Assembly: GCA_951406725.2 (NCBI GenBank)
Contig: OX597815.1
Coordinates: forward strand, 88,784,001-88,848,000
Direction: 5' to 3'
From: Octopus vulgaris
Lineage: Eukaryota
Length of the DNA stretch: 64,000 nucleotides
Part shown: one piece after another, positions 26,056-41,297 of the stretch
How the letters are laid out: each line of letters begins with the position of its first letter
Numbering within the stretch: position 1 is the stretch's first letter
Program-made: the position numbers and the translations under genes
The notes under the pieces: model-generated
Told to the model about the DNA's origin: nothing
The model's input: the letters and a program-made list of their open reading frames with translations, nothing else
Databases searched by the model: none

Positions 26056-27282
26056 CATACATACATACATACATATATACGAATATACATACACACACAC
26101 ACGCACATATATATATATACATGTGTGTGTGTTTATATATATATGCATGTGTGAGTATGTGGATATGTATGTACTATTGTATTGTGTTTGTAAATGTTCT
26201 TTGGGTCAAAATTAGGGGTATTTAAAAATGCTGTTTGTGAGTGAGTTTAACTCTAAATGATATTTATTTACTGTAAGTAGAAATTTCCGGTTGTGTGGCT
26301 TCAATGAAGCATGGGAAGTATTTTCTTTAGACTAATTCAAAAGTTTTGTTTGTTTAATTCATTATTTTCCTCCAATGAACTAAGGAAACAAGCTTCTTTA
26401 ATTTTAAAAAAAATATTTTTTACATGTCACCCAAAAGTTACTTAAGCAGAAAATACCACTTTGAATAAGTAAATATGACCTCTGAATTAGTTTTACGGTT
26501 AAATTCACATACAAGAAAACATATCTTTTAAAATTCTTTGATCTTGATTTGACATTTACAGACATAATGTAATAAAATTAATTTGGCCCCAAAATATAAA
26601 CGAAAGTAACAAAAAACTGACGGAACGAATAAACAACATTAAAACGTTCACTCTCATCAATACATAAAGGAAAAATAAATACCACTTCATAAGAAAACAA
26701 TAACTGAAAACGTAGAAACAACAGAAAATCGGCAAATGCAGAATGTTAAACAATGAACAAACAAACTAAAACATCACATTTACAATATAAATATATCGCT
26801 AAAAATGAATTGTAATAGTTCTGGTTTGTAGATCGCAGTGACATGAAACTCGAATCTTGAAAATAATAGTCCCAATTGGTTAAATTCTGTACAACGTTTA
26901 TTCCGCGTTCCGTCCTCATTCATTCGACGCAGTGGAATGCTTTACACAAACACACACACAGACACAAACTACACGCGCGCACGCACGCACACAGACACAC
27001 ATCAAAGATAAAGAGAGGAGGCTGACGGATTAAAAGTAAAATAACAGAAGAAAATGCAATGGTTGTGAAGTGATATATGGGGCTATTGCACATATAGTTT
27101 TTGACAGGAAATTGTAAAGGAATTATATTGTTGGTGGTACTCGACTGTGAAGCCTAGCAAAATTTGTTTTAAATGGAATTGAATCTGATTCGGAAAGAGT
27201 ATCGAGGGATTTTACTTGAGAGCCAGCACTTCATATTTGAAAGCGATGGCAAAGAAAGTTCAAGTAATTACACACACACACA

Positions 27283-27469
<187 letters not shown>

Positions 27470-27652
27470 CATAGATAGATATGTATATGTACATGTGTAT
27501 ATGTGATGTATATGTGTATGTTTGTACACAATCATATACATATATATGGTTACACACACACATATATATATATGCACGTACGTATTATGTGTGTACATTT
27601 GCTTATATGGGAATACTTGTATATTTCTCTATATATATGTATATACAACATA

Positions 27653-28229
27653 CAAGTGAGGGAGATGGGCTGAAAAATTCAAAGGCTGACTATGAAGGAA
27701 TGATGCTAGACCTGTGAAATTTTGCATGTAGTGATTTTAACGCTTCTTATTAATAACTTAATTGTTTTTTCCCAGATAAACTGACATTTTACCGTTCGTA
27801 GAAGACTTCAAAAGTAATTACTGGCGACGTCTCTTACAAATGGACAAAATTTGGCATCGAGCTCATATCGAGTACCTGCAGGAAAAGGGTTTAGCCCAGA
27901 ATGACATTCTTGCTGACATGGTTGCTATATTAGGGGTTTACGCTCTAGCTTTATCAACTGTGCAAAAGTGGGCACCTGAATCTGTTCCCCAGCATGAAAA
28001 ACATTTGGGTGAGAACCAGTATTGCAGATTTGATGACGTCATATCTCCTGTTGATGACTTCTTTTGACCAGCAGGATTAAAGCTTCTTCTCTCATGGGAT
28101 CCAAGTACGGCACCACCGATAGGAAAATTGTGTGAATCACAATAGGTAATATGTTGGAAAATAAACCAGATTTGGTCACATTCCATAAGAATATCTTGGT
28201 CAGCCTATTAACTTTTCATTCGACCCTTG
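27653..28229 (+). mobile_element. Internally deleted mariner element
   Basis: TIRs (GGCTGAAAAATTCAAAGGCTGAC vs GTCAGCCTATTAACTTTTCATTC). The transposase N-terminal HTH (MDKIWHR..STVQKWA) is fused directly to the C-terminus (KHLG..DDVISPVDDFF). Confidence 0.8.
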
Positions 28230-28243
28230 TACACACACGAACA

Positions 28244-28317
<74 letters not shown>

Positions 28318-29222
28318 CACAGACAGACAGACACACACGCACGCACATATGTATTGTTCAGTTAATGCTGAAACTGCGTGCGTTTTGCCTCAAATTTTCT
28401 CGTTCTCGGTATTTAGACATCTTACGATGCTGTCTTGGAAGTTACTTTATATACACTCCCACCGATTGGATTCAGATCTGGTGATGCAGAAAGCAACCTC
28501 TGTGGGAGCATGTTGGTTAAATCCGTGGTCAATAAAACAGAGCAGTAATTCGAAAGAACACGATACAATAGGGAAAAGGAACTAGGAGAAGAAACAAATA
28601 AAACCTAAAACAAGCACACGAGCAAACATTTCAAACTCGTAAAAACAAATGACTAAAGGGAAATGGAAAAGAGGAAGAATGAGGTAAAAATTGGAATAAT
28701 GGGGAGGAGGGAAGAAAAAGATATGAGAAAAGTAGAGGTAGAAGAATCGGGCGAAGCTGTCGAACAAGAAACAGTAGCAAGAGAGAAAAGAAGTGTGGGT
28801 TAAGAGAAAATAAGAGAGAAAAAAAAGGAGATGAGGAAGGTTAAGAGAAAGGAAAGAAGAAAACAAACTTTGGTTTGCAGAAGTCTTTGAAGTGACTAGT
28901 GAAAATCCGATTGAGTTTATTGGGGTGTGAAAATGGACTTTAACGAGTGACTTTTTTTGGCATGTTTACTGTTGTTGAAGATAGAAATTGTCTTATGCTT
29001 TGATAAATTGGTTATTTTAAAAAGTGTGTATGAATAAATGAGGGCGTTTATATGTGTAAGCGTGAAAGTGTGCATATGTGTTTTGTGTATGTGGCGCTTG
29101 CCTGTTTGTAGTTGACTTTTCGTTCTTTACTTTTGTATAAGTACAAAATTGGTGTTGTTTGTCGTCTTTAAAGCAGTCAGTGACGCGTGCAGACATGCAC
29201 GCACGCACTCTCATATATGCCG

Positions 29223-29416
<194 letters not shown>

Positions 29417-30059
29417 TATCATATATGTAGGAATTGCTATTTCAATGACCATAAAAAATAAACAATGCTCAGAATTTAATGTAAATCATTGTATATCTAG
29501 ATTCTGATCGTGTAATAAACATTATTTGCTGTCCGATTTTCTTTTGGTATTACATACATATAAATAAATTACAGACTGTGAATCGAAGAGTAGATTAAAG
29601 CAAGATAGTTGGCTTAAGTGTTTTTTTAGTTAGAACATAATCTTTATAATTACTGCATTATATACAACTATTCTCCTTGTTTCACTGGCGAATACTATTA
29701 TATAATGCAGTAATCGTTACGTGGGTAATTACATAATGACATCGAAATACCGTTCACTTCAGAAGAAAATAGTAATCCAATACCAGTATTATTTACCAAA
29801 AGCAGTTGGTTGATTTTAAAACTGTGTACAAACTTGGAACATTTAAGAAAAAGAAAAGTATTATTTTTATTTTATCAGTAAAATAAAGAAAAGGGATACT
29901 GTAGTCAGGAAGTCTAAGAATAAAATTTTCTATGCTGTAATAACTCAAAGAAAGTGAGGAATTTTTTAGATTGCAGTATGGGTGAGAGTAGCTGTTCGTA
30001 TGCACACACTCGTAGAAACACACACACATAAGTAAAATGAAAAAATGCAGCTGCAAGTT

Positions 30060-30400
30060 AAGATGAAATTAAAAGATTTGGTCATTTATGCATTTGGAAT
30101 TGAAGCGTATCCAAACAGAGTGGAAATATGAAAAGGTAAATTTTCTCGATGTCACCATGAATAGATGCCTATACACTTCTTTTCACAAACATAATAAAAA
30201 TCTTTACAAGATTACCTATTATAGACTTTGGACGACTAAGATTTTTGTGTATGTTGTTAAGAATATTTTTGTTGAAATATCTAATTTATTCTGTAACGTA
30301 GAAATATTGAATATTAACTTTGAACATTTTGATAAAGCTCCGTTGAAAGTGGCTTACAGAATAAGATCCAATTTATTACACCCACTCAGAGAAATAACAT
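30060..30400 (+). pseudogene. Degenerate Penelope-like RT thumb fragment
   Basis: KVNFLDVTMN..Y..FHK.N, then VKNI..EISNL..N.EI.N...AY, matching the PLE RT C-terminal pattern (resembles the Naiad/Chlamys type). Confidence 0.65.
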
Positions 30401-32578
30401 TAAAGTTAGCGTACATTCTTCATATAAACATACGAAACATTAATACAGCACACAAAATTGCAAGTAAACGAATAAGTGATACAAGCATAATCGCATCTTA
30501 TTTAATCAAACAAAATGATAATGTTATTAGAAGTAGATCTACGAACAAAAATATAAATAATACAAACCCTGATATTCCTATACGCAAAACAGATAACTTT
30601 TACAGAAAGCCGAAAAATTAATAGAACTAAAATTAAAATGAAATGAAAATAAAATAAATGCCTAAATCTAACAATAATGTTGAATCAAATGTTTCCGAAA
30701 CACAGCTTTCGATAAAGATAGTTTGCTGCTACTGAGATTTAAGCTGTGACTTGATCACCTCCGGTTAGATTAACTGGGCGAAGAAATCTGGTATTGTAAA
30801 CCCCACAAAGCCCTAAGATCTCAGAAACTAAACTGATGATGCATCCCGGAGCGTCCATGAGATATTTTATGGAATGAAAGTTTCAATCTATTCAAATGGC
30901 AGAGATCACGAAAAGAGTAGCAATTTATAGTAAAGAGAGTTTAATGAGGCGGGAGCAGTTTAAACCGTGACTCAATACAACTGAAGGCGCTTCTAAGACC
31001 ACTTTTTCGTAGTTTCACATCCAATCTCTACATTACACTGGTTGTGAAACGTTAAGCTTCGTTTTACACGATATTTTTGTTACACCTTATACATATATAT
31101 GAGCTTTTGCTCTCCTTTACTTGTTAATGTACTAACTCTGAACCTCTTGTCTTTTAGTCATGCCATTATCGTTTTGCTTCTTATAATTTGTCTCGGTGCA
31201 CCTAATTATAATACCGCACAGGAGTAGGATATTTTCGAAATCAGTTCTAAACTTGTCTAAACGACTGTATACGAGAAATATAACGTATTAAACAAAAAAG
31301 AAAGAAAATGAAAAAATAGGATTTTAATTGTTTAGATAATAATAAATTATTATCCCCTTAAAATTAATTCAGTAACACAGCAATTATTCTCTATACGGAG
31401 AATTGTTCTCTATACAGGCTTGCTTGAAAACTCATCATCCTAATTCTCACATGTTTCATTTCTCGGCTTTTACCCACTCCCTTGCATGCTTATGACATTT
31501 CATTTACTTTCTTATTCTTCTATGCTAAAAAAAAAAAAGAAACTACATTTCGCTACGTCCTGTTTTGTTATTCCAGCAAAGTACATCTCTGAACTAATAT
31601 TGTAGTTTTCACCTCAATTTTTACTTTTCATCCTCCACTCCTTTGTTGAATAAGAGCGATTAACTGAAACGTCGACTTGCATTCCTTTGTCGACGCTCAC
31701 ACAGTTGAATACCTCGACTTAACACTTTGTTCGTCGCTCCTTTTGTTGCTCATATCCTCTTGATACAATTTCTTCCCTATACACAGATCTATGCAACTCT
31801 ATATTCACTTTCATACTTTTGCAAGTACTAATTCACTTCCACTCTCTTTTAACACCCACACACACACAAGTGCGCGCGTGTGTGTGTGATGTGTATGGAT
31901 GTATGTAGGCAGGTTAAACATGTAGTTTGAGTTGTATTTAATAACAGATTGACTCGGCTTCACATTATTTCAAGTTTTGTAGAAGTTGTGCATTCAAATC
32001 TTCAGATCTACGGATCCAAGTTTAGGATAAATTAAACTTGGATCCTAGATGAGAATATTTTTGGGTTTCCGTTCGTTAGTTTAGGTCACGAGTGTAGTTT
32101 GATGAAGAAAAGAGGACTCATGATATAATATACTTCAAAGTGGTAGAGGGGGCATCTATCTGGCACCAGATAATCTATAGAATTGAAGAACTCAGAGACA
32201 TAATTACTGTTGGTGTTAGGAAGAAGCTTTTCCATGGTGTCAGGTAAACAGTCTACTGCTGTCAGATTCTGTGTTATGCTTAGTTGAATATGAAATTTTA
32301 TCCGGGTGATAGCAGGCTAAGATAAAGGTATGTAGAAGGAAATAAACTTATAATGTTCAAGCAGAAATCCATTACACTTCAGTTGTTCATGAGCCATGTA
32401 GGCTAAACGTGGTATTCCTAATGTATCTGTGGTTAGTGGATCGAAGTTCATTGACACTGTCTCTCTATGGTAACAACAATAGGATAGATCAGTTTTCCAG
32501 TTGATGGATACTGCTAGCTGCCGCAGTAAATGCAATTTCTCATGTAGCCATAGTTGACAGTTACGAATATACATAAAT

Positions 32579-32626
<48 letters not shown>

Positions 32627-33742
32627 ACGCACACACATTTATATATATATGTGTATGTACATATGGATACTTTCACACGCGTGTGGCGAAAATTCTGGTA
32701 TTTCTTTGCGTAGTGGGTGACTGTTGGTTTATGCCTATTTCCTTATAATTATTTTTCCTTTTATATCTTGTTCTTCAAATCAATAGACTAAATTCGATAT
32801 TCATATGCAGTAAATATATTTATATCAGCTTCAAAAAGATGTACAAGGAAAACCATATAAAACAAAAATATTTTATCTAATTTAGTCCATAATTTGGCTT
32901 AAATTTAGAATTTGATAGCAGTATTACGTAATGTAACGTTTTCCTATTATTACAACTCCAAATCTTATTGGCGACGAAGCGATGAGTTTCTTTAACACAT
33001 CAGGATTTATAATTCTCTGCTAGGAATGAATGATTGCTTGAATTAATTTCTGCTTTTCGGCTTTGGAACCAACACGTTTCTTGATTTTTTATCATAAATT
33101 TTCTATCCAGTTAAACTTGAAGCTGTGTCTAGGGCATTTTAAGACGCTTATTTTTGTGGATTTCATCTTTTGATGCTGGTTTTTTGTTAAGGAAATGGTA
33201 TACCGTGTTGCTGAAAATTTTATTCATCTGAACAATGTCATATGAGTGTTTGTTGAAAGGTGCATTATTTGTTTTCACTTAGACATTTTCTTGTATTTCC
33301 TAAGTCGACAGATCATATTGAAAAATGAAATAATGTAAGAAAAATGAAAGTAACATCAATGTTTGACCAGTTTAGGGAAATTATATTATTTCACAATGAT
33401 AAACAACTATCGAAAGTTTTCTAGTTTTGTGATCACGTATTCTCCAACGCCGCTGCTGAACACCTCCCGAAGGCGATGCTACCAAAATTAGTGAGATCTT
33501 GTGTCAATGCTGATCGGATACTGAATGATGTAACGGAATAGTATTTGCTCTCATATACCATAGGTTTATATAATTTTAGGTTTTTGATTATCTATTTTGG
33601 TATAAAAATATCAATCAAGCAAGCAATGCATGTTAGAATTTGAAGAATTATTTCAACCTCAGAACTGAAGTCATTACAAAAATGAATTGGCATAAAGCAA
33701 CAACAGATGTCTATAAGACTATGTAAGGATTTGGGACACTAC

Positions 33743-33809
<67 letters not shown>

Positions 33810-34509
33810 GATTATTTTCCGCCCATTCTCTGCGTTTTCTGTATTCTACTGCTTTATTGGCGGGGTTTTTACTCCGCAATTCCCATGGTATATTGAATTC
33901 TGTCCAAAGTAAAGAGGAACTCTATGATGTATTAAAAAAGTTGCTATTTTAAGGAAAATTATTTATGGAAAGTACTGAAAACATAAGATTTTATCGTCCA
34001 AATATTTGAAGAATTTAGAGATGAGATATAAAAGATATTTTTATAGCTGTTCAATTTCCTTGCTATGTAGTTTGAAACCAATTTGCATTTCAGTAGTATT
34101 TATAGGATACGTTTGATGGCATATTGTAAGAAATAAGAGAAATCACTCTTTCAAACGATACTATATCTAAGTCAGGATTTAATGCAACTCTCTTGGAAGA
34201 TGTTTACATTTATATTCTACAGACTTGGCCATCAAAAGATTCGGTCTGTATGATAATAATTTCACATAAGTTATCGTGCGTATATGAGATTTCTTTATGA
34301 TACTATGAATTCAATGGCTATATAGAAATAGATTTTCACACACACACACACAGACTCTCATATATATATATATGCATTCATGCCCTGAGATTGAAGTGTA
34401 GACAACCAGAAACACTTGCATTTAAATGCTTATCTATATAACCATATATACATATGAATTATATACAACATACATGCGGACATAAAAACATATTCATATT
34501 TACAAAGAA

Positions 34510-34570
<61 letters not shown>

Positions 34571-34701
34571 TACACTCATATAGCCTTATAAACATATTTA
34601 TTATAAATGCACATAATTAAATGTAGTTCACACGAAAAGGTATTGGTGCATAAAGAACAGGTTTGATTGCACCGAGTAGAAAATATCGTAATACATAATA
34701 C

Positions 34702-34740
<39 letters not shown>

Positions 34741-34889
34741 ATAGATATGCAGACAGAAAGTGGGGCTACAAGCTACAGTAGCATCCACCCTTAGGGGTTA
34801 GCCACATTTAAGTGGCAAATATACTTCACGATATCGTCCAGCTACTGTTTATACATCGCTCGGAGAAAAAAGTTTGCTAATGTCTTATA

Positions 34890-36152
34890 GATACAAGGAA
34901 TAGTTTTATTCATCAAAGTATGCACCCCTATGGTCAATACATTTTTGCCATATCAGCGGTAGCTTGTCCAGCCCGGAACCGCAAAAGCCTGGCAATCTAG
35001 AGCCATTTAAAACTTGGAGGGCCTATTTTACAGCATCGTCGGAATTAAATGTTTTTTCCTATCAAAAAAGTTATCCAAATTCTGAAAGTAGTGGTAGTCA
35101 GTGGGAGCATGATCAGGTGAGTATGGTGTATGATGGAGAACTTCCAACTCCAAATTCTGTAGTTTCACCAATGCCATTTTTGCGAAGTGTGGTTTGGCAT
35201 TGTCTTGCAATAAAATAGGAGTGGATCTGTTGACTAATCTAGGCTGTTTTTGTGAAAGTTTCTGCATCCTTTGGTCCAGTTGGCTGCAGTATACTTTGGC
35301 CGCGATTGATGAGCCAGGTTTAATGAAATCATAATAGATCACACCTGCGCAAGACCACCAAACACATACCATCAGCTTCATTGGAGGAAGTTTGCTTTTT
35401 AGACCGTGTTTTGGTGGCTCGTCTTTGTCCAACCACTGTGCTGAATGCTTACGGTTGTTGTATTGGATATATTTCTCATCACATGTTACAATTCGATTCA
35501 AAAATGATTCATTTTTGTGACGAGAAAGTCGCATAATGCAGGCTTCCAAACGTTGCTGTTGCTGATTTTCATTGAGTTCATGTAGAACCTACTTATCCAA
35601 CTTTTTCACTTTACTGATTTGAACTAGGTGAGTCAATATTGTTTGCTTGCTAACACCATACAACAACGATAGTTCACAGGCATTTTGAGCTGGATCTGAC
35701 TCGACGGTGGCTTTCAGTTCATCATTATCTACCTTTGTCGACCGCATTGCTCATTTGTGAGGTCAAAGTTACCAGAACGAAATTTTGCAAACTAATTTGA
35801 TACTGTCTCCTGCATAATAACATTGGAATGAAATACTCCATTAATATTCTGAGCTGTATGTGATGCAGTATTTCCAAGAAATAACTCATATTTCAAAACT
35901 GTACGAATTTCCGACTTTTCCATCTCTAAGCAAAAATAGCAAAAAACGATGTAATGAAATCATAATGGAGAGTGATTTTCTTTTTGTGACTCATATACTT
36001 TATAAAGTGCAAAATGAATTAGAATAAAGAAATAGATGTATCAGCTTTCTAACAAAAAATAAAGATTGTCAAAATATAATAATGGTGCAAAATGAGCAGC
36101 TGTCAAAGTTTACCATATACCTTACTACAAATTTCATACTTGACGACCTAAT
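34890..36152 (-). mobile_element. mariner-family (DD34D) transposon, defective
   Basis: MEKSEIR start at 35923; RIVTCDEK, LLQDNAKPH, PYSPDHAPTDYHYF and WQKCIDHRGAYFDE*. 5' TIR TATTAGGTCGTC at about 36152; 3' TIR not evident. Confidence 0.9.
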
Positions 36153-36289
36153 ATATATCCACTTTCATGTTGCATTCAAGTGTTTCTGTAGTTTCGCGTT
36201 ATCAACACATTTCTTCTCGATGTCATGAAGTTGTATATTTGAGTGAAAGATCTTTTTGCTTCATCTCGTAAGGTCATGTATGGTTTTGG

Positions 36290-36480
36290 GAATATTATTT
36301 CTGAGAGCAATGTCTTTTCACTCTCGGTCTAAGTCTATTCACATGGCTTGTATTATTGACGTAAATTCTTAAAGTTCCATTATATTTCCTTGCTTTGAGA
36401 GGGCCACTTCATTTCAAGATCCTTTTTGAAACAATCTGAGTCATCTTTGTAGATGTTCTGGTTGGAAAGGGTCGAGGTTG
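36290..36480 (-). mobile_element. Possible Helitron/PIF1 helicase C-terminal remnant
   Basis: Frameshifted minus-strand EVALS-ARKYNGTLRIYVNN resembles the YVALSRA motif. Confidence 0.3.
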
Positions 36481-37098
36481 TATGCATGTATCTTCATTCA
36501 CCCCTTCTACGCAAGCATATATACATACCCATATACTTAGGAATAATATTTTCTCGTTTGTTCTTTGTACTCTGTGTCAGGTGGACCTATTAATATAAAT
36601 ACCTATATAATTATAGGTATTTATAATTATAATTCCGTTAGGCCGTCCGATGTCGCTGATCGTACTGGTGTAACGGGTAAGTTTTTTCCCCTAGCATTTC
36701 TAGATCTATAGGAAATATTGTATTGACAAGGAAATGAACCTTCGGTTCTAATCCAGAAACGAGTCGTCTATAATTAATCCATAGGCTGGGTTTTCGTTAT
36801 TTTCTGCCTTTTTTGCCATATACAGCTTACAAATTCTGTTTGTTTGTGGAGACTTTTTACTAGTAGAGGAAATAGTGACCAATTTTGGCTGCTATTTCTA
36901 ATATTTTCGGTATGTGGTTTTGAGCAACTTGTTGCATTTAACCCTTAATTATAATTATTATATAATTATACATAGAAATTTATGTTCTGAGATTTTCCAC
37001 GTTTGGCTTTCTCTCATTTTGCATATATTCATATATACATTTTCTTGTATTTGACGTATTTAATATATTTGAGGTGTCTAATTTGTTTATCCGTATGA

Positions 37099-37154
<56 letters not shown>

Positions 37155-37586
37155 GCACACACACACACGCGCACACACACAAGAAATATTACACACACAC
37201 ACACAAACATACACATATATACAAAAAGAAAACATCATAAACACACACACAACTCTGTACACACACAAACATACATACACACATATACAAAAAAGAAACA
37301 CCACAAAAACACACATACAAACAGCTGGTGACCATACAACCCATTCACATGTGGACATAAAACCCATTCAATAACTCCTTTTTTAGCCACTCCCTTGGCA
37401 GGAACGCACAAAGATGTATTTTAGACAATAGACACCCCTGCTCTCAATTTCTAACACTTTGAACTCTATGCCAAACTTTATTTAAGGAAGACTTCAACGA
37501 AAAATCTCCAGACATGTTCTTGACCACCAGACAAAAAATAAACTATTTTTATTTCAAATTTTTCAAATTTTTATAAATTTTTACTG

Positions 37587-37624
37587 ATATTTGATAAGAT
37601 GAAATATATCGAAACCGGTGATAT
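37587..37624 (+). ncRNA. Degenerate hammerhead motif (PLE pseudo-LTR-like)
   Basis: ATAT-TTGATAA-GATgaaatatATC-GAAA-CCGGTG-ATAT. Stems I and II and the palindromic stem III (ACCGGT) are preserved, but the core is mutated. Confidence 0.5.
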
Positions 37625-38569
37625 TTTTTATTTATATAATGTTTTATCAAATTCCCTCTTAAATTGAAATGTCTTAGACTTGCTTCTGTGCTATTTCCAT
37701 CTCCATCTTTTATATATATATATTTGTGATATTTATGTGCGACCTTCTAATCACATATCCGTAGTATCAGAGTTGTGAACTCTCAATGCGGAGAAGTAGC
37801 GGCCCCACCTGTGAAGACTCCCTGGTCTATGAGCATCGCATCGCATCCTGTTGAGTAACTTTGCTCCGGACATCTTTTGGAGGAGCCCTATTTAGGTCAC
37901 TTGTATTCACTTATCACCATTGAAAATAATGTTCCTCCACGGTTGATATGGATGTTGAGCATTTCCTATAGCTTCGGTAGGAACTGCAGTTGTAACTCTC
38001 AGTGGATGAATTCATTAGACAAATAAAAATAACAGTTAACATCTAGAATTGTATGTCCCCTAGACAGATTTGTCCTTGGTCGCAGATAAAAAGAAATACT
38101 GTTCACTCCAGAACTCTGGGATACATTTCTGTTAAAATTGCAAAAATATGCGTTTCCTATCAATTTAGAATTATAAGAATATGTATAAAGTAAAATATAA
38201 ATATATAATTTTCTTATATCATAACATTAAGCTATGAATAAATAAATTATCAAACAGCTTCAAACACCATAGAAACCTGGGAATATTCAACTTAAGCGAG
38301 TATCTGCATTACGATAAAAAATATGTACATATAATTACATACTAAAAGCATTGCATAAGAATTTGCTATAAGCCATTTAAGTTTAAGAATAAATATTTCT
38401 TCACACTCGACATCTGGGCACGCCGGACACCTCTGGTAACTAACATACATACTACACACATAAATACGTAGCTAATTTATATAAACTCGTGTATAGGTAT
38501 GTGTATAATTGTACATGTAAATATATTCTACATTTAAAGTCATACATATACATACATACAGACATACAT

Positions 38570-38666
<97 letters not shown>

Positions 38667-39149
38667 TGTGTGTGTGCTATGTAAATCTAAAAACATTAAT
38701 TCAATTACTCGGTGAAACGACTTATAAGTTGTTTTAGAATTCTCTATTTCATTGCATGTGTATGAACTTTTACATATGTATTTATATTTTAAAGTGCGAG
38801 ATATTTCGCTTCATATAATTATTTTGTTATAAAAAATGTTATAACTCGAATTAATGCACGTTGAAAATTTCTTGTGATATGCAAATTTTATTTTATATTT
38901 TTCTTTTTTTTCAATATAGAAAATAGTTTAGCTATAGTTATAACATATTTACAGTTTTAAAATTCATTTTAATCATTTTATGATGTTTTGCACTTCGTAA
39001 ATTTTCAACATGTGTATATCTCATTTTTTCTGATATTGTAATATTTAACTTCCTTTTTTCTACGATTTTCCGCTAACTGAAACACGGTCAAATATATTGT
39101 AGTATAGTTATATTCAACTCACTTTCTTTTACAGTTCTACATTACCAAA

Positions 39150-41170
39150 ATTCTATTACTCCTTATTCAAATATTTCTTTATTCAGTCGTCACAAACGCA
39201 TTTCTTGTACAGCTTCTATGTTTTATGTTGTGATCGTTTTCAAGATTGAAACTCTCCATAAAATAACTGCTTGGACAGTCTCCATCTGATGTACCAACAC
39301 GATGCCCTCCCAATCGCATTTGATTGGGACTAAATATGACTAAATGGATACACAACCAGCTATCTAGTATTTCCGTATCTAACAGCAAATCCTCCCATTT
39401 TACCTTTAATATTTTTTGGTGCATTTTCAGTGGAATCTCTCAAGCATTTTTACATGCCTTCTATGAGGATTCCATGTCTCAGAAGCATACAAGAAAGATG
39501 TCAGTATGCATTTCTTGTAAATTTTGATTTTAATGCGAGCTGTAATATCTCTATCTGACCATAGACTGTTCTCTAGTTTTCCAAATGCCATACTTGCCTT
39601 TTCGATTCTCAGTATACGAGAATTTCAAAATCTAGGCAGCTATCATCAGATAGGGCACTTCTCAAATATGGAAATATATCCACCACTCTTAATATGTTTC
39701 CACATAGCTATTAGGCTCCACATTATGTTCACTAAGTGCCGGCGAGGTAATTTTAAACTTAGAGTTAGACAAAAGGCAACTGATGCAACAGAAAAATCTG
39801 TCCGTTATGATCTGTATCTTTTTTGTGTATATGCTACATAGCCAGCATCATCTGCATACCACAACTCTCTAATCAGAACCATAAAAACCTTTAACTTACT
39901 ACTGAGACATAAATTGAAAATCTATCCGAAGTACAGAATCCTCTTTTAATAATTCTGAGTTTGTGAGACATAAGATAGCAGTGTAGGGAAATATATTGAA
40001 AACAATGAGGTACTGGAATGTCACCTTGTTTTATTCCATTGCCTATGACGATTTCATCTGAAATCTCTCTATTAAATGCAATCTTTGCTTTCATGTTGCG
40101 GTTCAGTTCTTTAAACATGCATACACATTTTGATAGACTGCCAAGTTTGCGAAGGACTCTCCATAAAGATTATTTGTTGACCATATCAAAGGCTTTAGCG
40201 AGGTCAACAACTAACTGAAAGAGGCGTATCTGATGTTCATCACACTTCTACTGAAGTCACGAAGGTGAGAAAATCATGTTAGTTTTATGTAGGAACATAC
40301 GTACATCATCAACACAGTCCTATGAAATTGGAGTTCCTTCCCAGTAAGCAAATGTCATCTAATGTATTGTAGATATCACAGTGTTGTCTTCTGCCTTCAA
40401 GGATTCTCTGGGTATTCCATCAAGGCTGGGAGCCTTGTAGGAGTTTAACTAACTTCTTCCTAAAATAACTTCACATATTCGGTTATGTCGTTCATGCGCG
40501 TCCATATGTTTGCTTTTGGAAATCCATTAATTATTTCCATATTAACTCAGAATTATTAAACAATGCAAAAAGTGATGAATCAGCTGGGTCTTATAACAGC
40601 TTTTGATTGCAAATATTTTTCTAAGGGGACCATATAAATCCTTGGAAGACTTTATGTCAAGATATCCGATGAAATTTATGAGCACAATGTAGTTTTAATT
40701 TTTCTTAATTCCTTCTGCCATGTTCCTTTCTACGAGTTGGAGGGCGCTCTAAAGAAATTTTATTCTTTGTATTGGGATCCAAAAAAGCCCTGTCAATTGA
40801 TTGCTTTGCCTCCAACAACTGGGGTATTTTATTGTTATTGCTGTCAAACCAGTCTCTATATCTTTCTTTCGAATCTCGAGATGATGACGGCACCTCAATC
40901 ATACGTGATACTTGAGATTCCTCCAAGTTCAATCAAAGCTGATAACAATGAACTCGTTTTGCACATGTTCTAAATATATCAGATTGATCTAAATTATCAA
41001 TAACAGTTTGTTTTGGTGGTTCTGCGCTTTTCATGTGAATTTTATTACGAGTCCAAAATTTGAACTTACCCAATATTAGTTTATAGTCACGGTCGAAGTG
41101 TCTGTTATATAAGACATATAAAGACGTCTTGCATATCACACTTTCGAGTGAAGATACAGTCATAATATAA
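39150..41170 (-). mobile_element. Degenerate RTE/BovB-like LINE
   Basis: Minus-strand fragments VVDLAKAFDMV, NGIKQGD, RELWYADDAG, ILKVKWED and RYRDWFDSNN. Many stops and frameshifts. Confidence 0.85.
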
Positions 41171-41204
41171 TATATATATATATTGGCTTGGTAGTCTACT
41201 AATT

Positions 41205-41297
41205 CCATGCAAAAGGTTTCGGTAGGCTCGAGGCTACAATACAACAAGGCGCCACTGAACCCAGAACCACGTATAAGGAAGCAAATTTTTACCATGT
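41205..41297 (-). mobile_element. SINE family A head, degenerate
   Basis: Minus strand TGGTAAAAATTTGCTTCC..ACGTGGTTCTGGGTTCAGT..GTAGCCTCGAG matches the copy at 50058. Confidence 0.65.

Noticed and set aside
30088-30621. 177-aa ORF as a host gene
   Set aside because: The N-terminal half is a decayed PLE RT fragment and the rest is low-complexity A-rich sequence.
30830-30860. CTGATGA motif as a hammerhead; also 1193, 23607 and 59160(-)
   Set aside because: No properly placed GAAA with supporting stems.
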